The notes below the pieces were generated by a model, which saw nothing but the letters and a program-made list of their open reading frames with translations, had not been told where the DNA came from and ran no database searches. Shown one piece after another: positions 51,501-60,437 of a stretch of 64,000 nucleotides of DNA. Numbering within the stretch: position 1 is the first letter of the stretch; every line of letters starts with the position of its first letter. Source of the stretch: Octopus sinensis (taxonomy: Eukaryota). Both the position numbers and the translations under genes were made by a program. The stretch is taken from positions 29,946,001 through 30,010,000 of the forward strand of contig NC_043001.1 of assembly GCF_006345805.1 (NCBI RefSeq). Reading direction: 5' to 3'.

Positions 51501-54500
51501 TGATGAAATACTTACTTCTGTTATTCATATCATTGAGTCACTTGACTTGACTATTAACACAAGTATCTCACAAGATGTGGTAAGCTTCATCTTTTATTTC
51601 TCTCCTTATTTACTTTGCTTTTTTGAAGTAGATCTTCGATTAGTTGAGTACTTTCTTTGTATCATGTTTAAAAATGAATATGATGGTTCTTGCTGGGGTA
51701 CCCATGTATCTCCTCTACAGCAAAACATCTGTTCCTGGCCCTCCTCCTGACTGTCCCTCAATACTGCATTCCCGCTCTGTGAAGGGGTTTTGTCTTACAT
51801 ATTACTTAGTGACCCAACTTGTGCTGCTACTTGGTACCCTCTGTAAAACTGCTGGCATTAGGAAGGGTATTCAGCCATAGAAACCAAATACAGTCGTCAG
51901 GCTAATTGGATCCTGTTGAACCTTCAAACCCAAACCAGTATGAAGCACAGACATCAACCCTTTAGTGTTTGCATTATTCTACCAAAATTAATGCTTATTC
52001 ATCCACATTGTTTTGAACTAATCATACATTATCTTGTAGTTATGAGATTTTGATGAGGTAGCTATTAATTTTTAAAACGATATTGTAGGGTTGGTGTGAG
52101 AGACCAGATCTGGCCAGTTTGAACATAAACAGGCAGAATACCTTTGACCGGATATGGCCAGTTTAAATGCTAAAGGGTTAAATGATGATGGTGATGATGA
52201 CGATGACAACGGCGGCGGTGGTGACAACGACGACTGTATGGTTTAAGCTTACTTAGCAATGGCATGATATCAGGTGTGAAACTTGCCAGATGTCTTCTAC
52301 CATATCCTCATGTCAACCAAAGACTTGAGAGTGAAATTTGGTTGATGGAGATTGTGTGGAATCCATTTAGACGGATTGTATCAGTTCTTCTGTCATAGAT
52401 TTAATCAATTTCTCAGTTTGATGCCACCTCCCAGCCCATGGACACCATTCATGAAGCTCACTAACATAGTGCTTTTTAAGTCAGCTATATGAACCTTTAG
52501 TTTTCATCAGCTGAGACACTTTAAATTTAGTTGCTGTTTTTATTGCTACCTTTCAACCATTTCATGGATAAAACAATTCTTTCCTGTTTTGGAAAACTAA
52601 TGAAGCAGAGTTGTATGCTTTGCGTAGTTATACACGAAATCTGTTGCAAAAATTTGTGTTTTTTTAAATAATTTCTAAGTAACAGCTCTTTTGTACCAAT
52701 ATACTATCAAAGCTGAAGATAATATGTCTTGAAATCACACTGATGTACCGCAATAAATTCAAATACATTGCACTTTTGAAACAATGCTCTATTTTCTTTT
52801 AGGTTATTCAACCGTCAGCCAGCACCATCTCTCCCATGGACTCACCTATTGTATCAGCTGATCCAGTGCATAACATCAAGCTAAATTGTGTCCAGGACCA
52901 CCAAGTGTTTTACAATATCGTTAATTTCTGCTGGTAATTTAAAAGTATTTTTGTTCAGTGCTAACAGTAGACATTGGGGGGGGGGGGGGTTATTGATTTG
53001 ATTTATGTATTAATTTATCTATTTTTTATCTCTTTTATTTGTTTCAGTCTTTGGACTGCAGTCATGCTGGGGCACCGACTTGAAGGATTTAGTCAAATAA
53101 ATCAGCCCTAGTGCTTATTTTTAACCCTGTTACTTTTCCTGATGGTCTCTTTTTATCAAACCGCTATGTTATGGGGAACATAAACAAACCCACACTGTTG
53201 TCAGGGACAAACATGAAAACATTCACACAGATACACACATATATAATATATACTAGCACTATGACCTGACAACGCCGGGTCATAGTGCTAGTGCATGCAT
53301 ATACAGCTGTGTGCGTGCGCATATACACGTGAGTACTGTCCAAATCTCCAACCAATCACATACAGCTAGCTGGCATTCAATTGGCATATCAAGTTTCGGG
53401 CATTTTGGTTGGGTTTTGGATAGAAAATTCACAAAAAAGTAACTTCTATTGATTTTTTAATGGCTTTGTGGGGTAACTGGGGAAATGTAAAGATGTGCAT
53501 GACCACCGTTGGACGGTTTTGAATGACCATAGAAAGTGCGAGCCCTCTAACTGAAAAATTGTGGATTTGTATAAAGGACACGCACACAGACATTTTGCCG
53601 TTTATATATATAGAGATATCATCATCATCATCGTTTAACGTCTGCTTTCCATGCTAGCATGGGTTGGACGATTTGACTGAGGACTGGCGAACCAGATGGC
53701 TACACCAGGCTCCAATCTGATCTAGCAGAGTTTCTACAGCTGGATACCCTTCCCAACGCCAACCACTCCGAGAGTGTAGTGGGTGCTTTTACATGCCACT
53801 GGCACGAGGGCCAGTCAGGCAGTACTGGCAACGGCCATGCTCAAATGGCGATTTTCACATGCCACCTGCACAGGAGTCAGTCCAGTAGCACTAACAATGA
53901 CCTCGCTCGAATGTTTTTTTATGTGCCACCGGCATAAGTACCAGTAACGCGATGCTGGTAACGATCACGCTTGAATGGTGCTTTTTATGTGCCACTGGCA
54001 CAGAAGCCAGAAGGATCAGAAAAACTGCTCTATTTAATGTCTTCAAACTGAGATTCAATCTTGAATAAAATTGTATTTTGGGGGGATTATTGACTGCATT
54101 TTTAGATGATGAAAGTGAAAATAAACCTTCATGTTTCATCTGTGAAGGTGAAGTTTATTATACGAAAAATGATAATATTAGTAACATCAATTCAGGCATT
54201 TATTCACAAAGTAAATTCTTAAGAAAACACACGCATGCACACGGGGACTCACACACACAGGGAAGAGAGTCAACTGCTGCCATTGTTAGTCACAAATGAC
54301 CATGAAATTGCACTTAGAAAGTTCCCCACCAAGGCACAAGTCCAGGCAAGGCTGTGTATGGAAGACCAACAATCACTCATGCATATCAGCAACATCTACA
54401 TGGTTGCTCAATCTTCTAGAAATAGCAAATCATGCACATATCACACCCTCTCATTTTCAAAAACGAAAGGACACATTAGATAATGAAATTATAGAGATGA

Positions 54501-56041
54501 TGACTACAACGACGACGGCCGCCGACGACGACGATCATAAGTTTGGTTGATCAGGACTGATTGTAGATTAACCACTACATTTGCACAGTAGTAAATTTTA
54601 AGGTGCAGCAAGTCTGGACTAAAAACATGGCATTCTGTTTGACACTGAAACACCTCAGCCTGTTATTTGCTTAGGACTCATCATCATCATCATCATTGTT
54701 TAACGTCCGTTTTCCATGCTAGCACGGGTTGGACGGTTCGACCAGGGTCTGGGAAGCCAGGAGGCTGCACCAGGCTCCAGTCTGATCTGACAGTGTTTCT
54801 ACAGCTGGATGCCCTTCTTAACGCCAACCACACCATGAGTAGTGTAGTGGGTGCTTTTTACGTGTCACCAACACTGGTGCCAGGGTAGGCTGGCAGCGGC
54901 CACGATCGGTTGGTGCTCTTTACGTGTCACCAGCACAGAAGCCAGTCAAGGCGGAGCTGGCATTGACCACATTCGGATGGTGCTTTTTACGTGCCACCAG
55001 CACATGTATCACAACTACAATTTCCATTTGATATTTATTTTGATGTTGATGTTATGTACTTGACTCAATAGGTCTCCTCAAGCACAGCAGGTCACGTGCC
55101 ACCAGCACAGAAGCCAGTCAAGGGGGCTCAGGCATCACCGCCTTGAACTATAAAATGAAAACAAAATTAAGACTCTTTTCTTCTTATAACCTTGCATTTT
55201 TCATTTATTACTTCCCACATGTTACTGAAATACATTTCAATACAATTCCTAAACGTGTCTCTTGGTTTATGTTTTTATATTTTTTCGTTTCTTTTCTAGT
55301 GAATTTCTGAACAAAAATGAGAAAAAAATGTTCAGAAAATGGTTGTTCAGATATTGTAACTTTCTGGTTAAAATTTCCACAAGGTCAGTAAAAAATTATA
55401 TATATTTCTGTTTGAGATTTTATAACAGACTAGCAGTATCGCCCGGCGTTGCTCGGGTTTGAATCACGACTATAAGCTACCCGAATTTGGTTAAACTGCA
55501 CCGCAAAATGTGGGAGTAGTTAGGAATCTAAATCGAAGGGGACAGACACTCACACAACTACAGTTTTATATATATAGATATACATAGCGCAGTAGTGGTG
55601 AGATGTGACAGCAAAGAAAAGCATACATTCACTCTCTGCATGCAATTAGACTCGGAAAGTTCGTGAGGAACCCATTGACCCAATTTGCTGACTTTTCCGA
55701 TAGCACACAGGTCTCAATGAATGGTTGAATGACCAAATCCAAGCTTCTCTGCTAGTTCCTCAACAGTTACGATGAGATTTTGTTCCACCAGGGTTTTCAG
55801 GATGTCCTTGTCGAGTTCTACAGATCTTTCAGGATGAGGCTCGTCTTCTAGGCTGTTCCAATATAGCTTTGAAAAAAATAGCTGTTAAAATCGAAATGCA
55901 CTCTTCAAAACTTGCACTATGAATAAGATAAAAAAACTACCTGCTTTTATAGCAAGTTAATATAAGTAGTTTATCCCATTCCCCTCTGACTTTTAGTTCA
56001 AGCTGTTGAAAAAACCGCATTATTATATATATATACATACA

Positions 56042-56073
<32 letters not shown>

Positions 56074-56395
56074 CACACACACTCTCTCTCTCACACACAT
56101 GCACACATTTATATTCCGTTATTCTTTTATATGTTTCAGCCTTGAGGTTGTGGCCATGCTGGATCATGTGTGTGTGTCTATCTGTCTGTCTGTCTGTATG
56201 TATATATGTATATGTATGTGTGTGAACAATAATATTTTCAACAGATGTGTTGCAAATGTATCTGATTGTTCTCAAGCTTCAATACTGTGTGTGTGTGTAT
56301 GTGTGTGTGTGTGTATGTATGTATGTATATGTATGTATGTATATGTATGTATGTATGTATGTGTGTATGTATGTATGTGTGTGTGTATGTATGTA

Positions 56396-56430
<35 letters not shown>

Positions 56431-59400
56431 ATGTATGTATGAGTGTATGTTTACTTTATTACTAACACAAGCCACTACTGTTATTTAATGTAAAGTCTTC
56501 CTCAAATCACTATCTCTGGCTATTTACTCTCTTCCAAGAACATTTTCACTCACACTTATGTGTTAGCTTCCCATACATTTTACTCATGTATCTATCAGCG
56601 TGATAGAGAGAAACAAATATTACATCTAGTTTCACTTTATTCGTTGCCCACTGTGTGTGTGCGTTTGCGTGTGGTGTAAACCAGACACACACACCAGCAT
56701 TTGACACACACACCAGAATGTGAGTTTTCTGTAAATTTTGCTTAATTGGAGTTTAAATTTTAAAAACTGGACCTGGCATGACGCGATGCATTGTACTCTT
56801 AAAAATGCTAGGTAAATTGTAATTGAAGAAATCCTATATTGTAGATTTGTATAACTCCCAAAGGGAGGCAGATAAAATCTGCCTTTTATAATAAGAGACT
56901 GCCTTTTATAATAAGAGATATAGTTTGGATTTTTTTTTTTAACTTGTTTCAGCCATTACACTGTGGCGATATTGAAGAATTTTTAGTTAAATGAATTGAC
57001 TGCACTACTTTTTTTTATTTTTGATGATTGTTACTTATTTTATAGGTCACTTTTGCTTAACTGCTAAGTTACAGAGACATAAGTGCACCAACACATACTC
57101 ACAGATACACACATATATTTATGTGTGTTTACACACACACAACAATCTTCTTTCAGTTTCCATCTACCAAATCCACTCGCAAGGCTTTGGTTAGCCTCAG
57201 GCTATAGAAGAAGACACTTGCCCAAGGTGCCATGCTGTGGGACTGAACCCAGATCTATGTGGTTAGGAAGCAAGCCTCTTACCACACAGCCTGTAGTAAT
57301 TTTTTCTCTTTTTTTTTTTTTTTTACTTTAAATCATACTTACATGCTTAGAAAAGTCATGTATAACAAAGATATCATGCTGTAATTTCAATATGTGATGT
57401 ATTGATGTATTGTTACAATTATGAATTTTCTTCTTTTTCTTTTTCAGCACACCTCTTGTTAGTGGTTTTCACAGATTGTTGACTGTCTGTATGAAAATAG
57501 CCAGAGATTTGCACTACTTTGAGGTATGAATTCAAAAAATATTCTACTGAGAAATAAGAATCATCAGCAACTGAGACATTGGTGTTACCGTTTAGTCCTA
57601 TGTCAGTTTTCATCAATCAGACCTGTAATCATAAGCATTCCAAACATGACCATGTTGTCTCATTTTATATGGCGGAGTGATTAAGAAGTTTGCTTCTCAC
57701 ATTGGCACAAAGTAAACCTTAATGTATATTCCCAGATGAGTCATAGAAAAATAAAACTATGGGGAAAGAACTTCCAGTCATGGCGATCCCATCATTTGTA
57801 TATTAGAAACTGTATTGTTTAATATAGCCTTAATTTAAGATGGCAGAATGTGATTTATGGAAATTTTGCCTATTATTTTCTGCAGGTTGACTAACCATGT
57901 CTTGAACTAAACTACAATTTAGTTCAAGATATGGTTTCTTTAAGATATGGTTTCTCTCTCTAAAGTATCAAGCTTTAAAAGAAAAAAAAGCTAACTGCTG
58001 TAGTCTTACACTTTCTATCTCATATCTTCAGAGTGGGTGGTGAAAGTAACAAGTTAATTAGTTCATTACTTCAGCAAAGAGGTAGCTTTAGACACAGTGC
58101 GAATTATGGAAAGGAATAGACGGTGAGGTTTTTCTTTAAGCTACATGCATAACATCTTAAAATCATTCTTATATGCTGTCACTTCTACTCCTACAGCTGT
58201 TAATTCAAAAATCAAAGTAAAATTTGTTTTGGTGTTTCTATTTATCTGTTTATCTATTTACAGGGAATTTCCATTGACAATTTAAAAATTACTGAAGATT
58301 CAAGCCAGACAAATGCAGAGAAGATTGCTTGTTGTATACTCATAAAGAAGTATAGTAAGGAGGTACAGACATGGCTTATATCCTACTTAAATTGAATCTA
58401 TTTCTCACAACTGTATTATAACAAATATCATTCAGTTGCACATCATATGTGGGGTTATTTTTTTCTTTATATAGATTATCATTTCACAGCACCTACTCCA
58501 CTCTTGGAGTGGTTGGCATTAGGAAGGGCATCCAGCTATAGAAACCATGCCAAATTAGATTGAAACCTGATGTAGCTTACCAGTTTTCAGTCAAACCATC
58601 CAACCCATACCAGCATGGAAAATGGACATTAAATGATGATGATGATGATTGTGTTACCTAGTATTGTTTCATTTATAAAGAATACAGATTGTCATTGTCA
58701 TCATCATCATTATCATTTTTATATCCGTTTTTGAAGAGAGGTGGCCTGTAGTACATTACTACCACTCATTTTATTTCTTTATTGCCCACAGGGGGCTAAA
58801 CATAGAGGGGACAAACAAGGACAGACAAAGGGCTTGAGTCAGTTACATCGACCCCAGTGCGTAACTGGTACTTAATTTATCGACCCCGAAAGGATGAAAG
58901 GCAAAGTCGACCTCGGCGGAATTTGAACTCAGAATGTAACGGCAGCCAAAATACTGCTAAGCATTTCGCCCAACGTGCTAATGATTCTGCCAGCTCGCCA
59001 CTGTTACTACCACTCATTGCAGCTCATGATCATCTGAAATGCTTAGAGCCAAGTTTTCTTCGGCTTCCCTAATTACTTAAACCTTCTTTTGTGTACCTCC
59101 ACCTCCTCATGACTTTCTGCTGCCAACTCACAATACTTTTTTAACTATTATAAATGATTGCTATGCATAAGCATAGGCAAGGCTGTGGTACAGTTCTATA
59201 TTTAAGAGATGAGGAATTATGTACATTATTTTTCATTTGACGGATATTTGTCCTCATCTTGTTTGTTGTTAACACAGTGTTTCAGCTGATATACCCTCCA
59301 GCCTTCATCAGGTGTCTTGGGGAAATTTCAAACCTGGTTAAGAGTGCGGGCTACTAACCACAAGATTTCAAGTTCAATTCCAGGCAGTGACCTGAATAAT

Positions 59401-60406
59401 AATAATAATAATTAATTAATTCTTTTTATTGGCCACAAGAGCTGACACACATGATTGGAAAACATAAAGGGACAAAACAGGACGAAAGGTTACAAAAGGT
59501 TTTGTCCGTTTTCCGAAAGAAAAAAGTCTGTGTAAACAAGCTTTACAACAGCGAAAAAATTCAACTATTTACAATACTCCCAATAGAGGAGACACTTCGA
59601 AAAAAGAAAAGGTCTCACATGGAAAAACCCATAAAAGCCACAGGAGCCTGGTCAAAAGGGGGGTAGAGAGCCCCTTTCTCCTTTTATAATACCTTTTTCA
59701 ATATAATAACAATAACATCGAAAAATACCTTAGGAATGAGAACCCAGGTTCGAAATTTCCCCAAGTCACCTGATGAAGGTTGGAGGGTATGTCAACCGAA
59801 ACGTTACAAACAAGATGAGGACAAATATCCGTCAAATGTAAATAAGGTTGTGGTAGTTAAGAAGCTCACTCTGCAACTACATGGTTTCAGGTTCAATTCC
59901 ACTGTGTATCACCTTTGGTAAATGTGTTCTGTTATAACTTCAGGCCAACCAATGCCTTGTGAGTGAATTTGGTAGACAGAAGCTGTATGGACGTCTATCA
60001 TGTATGTATTTGCCTTAGTGCTTGCATTTGTCCCAGTGTTGGTTTGTTTACACCCCCATAACTTAACAATTCAGCAAACCTTCATCTTGCCAAGTTCATT
60101 GTGCAGAATATTCTCAACTTTCTCACAGGATATACTTATAGCATCTGCTATTTGACTAATAGTCAATTACCTGTCATCTATTTCCATATTACTCTTTTAC
60201 TCTTTTACTTGTTTCAGTCATTTGACTGCGGCCATGCTGGAACAACGCCTTTAGTGAAGCAAATCGACCCCGGGACTTATTCTTTGTAAACCCAGTACTT
60301 ATTCTATCGGTCTCTTTTGCTGAACTGCTAAATGACGGGGACGTAAACACACCAGCATCGGTTGTCAAGCAATGCTAGGGAGACAAAAACAGACACACAA
60401 ACACAT

Positions 60407-60437
<31 letters not shown>

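Noticed and set aside
56006-56488. 160-aa ORF and similar YI/CV/HT-rich ORFs in the track
   Set aside because: They are translations of microsatellites.
59335-59410. Functional tRNA gene
   Set aside because: It has D-, anticodon- and T-arm-like pieces but no complete acceptor stem and ends in an (AAT)n tail. It is a SINE-type remnant, and the same applies to the other SINE heads.
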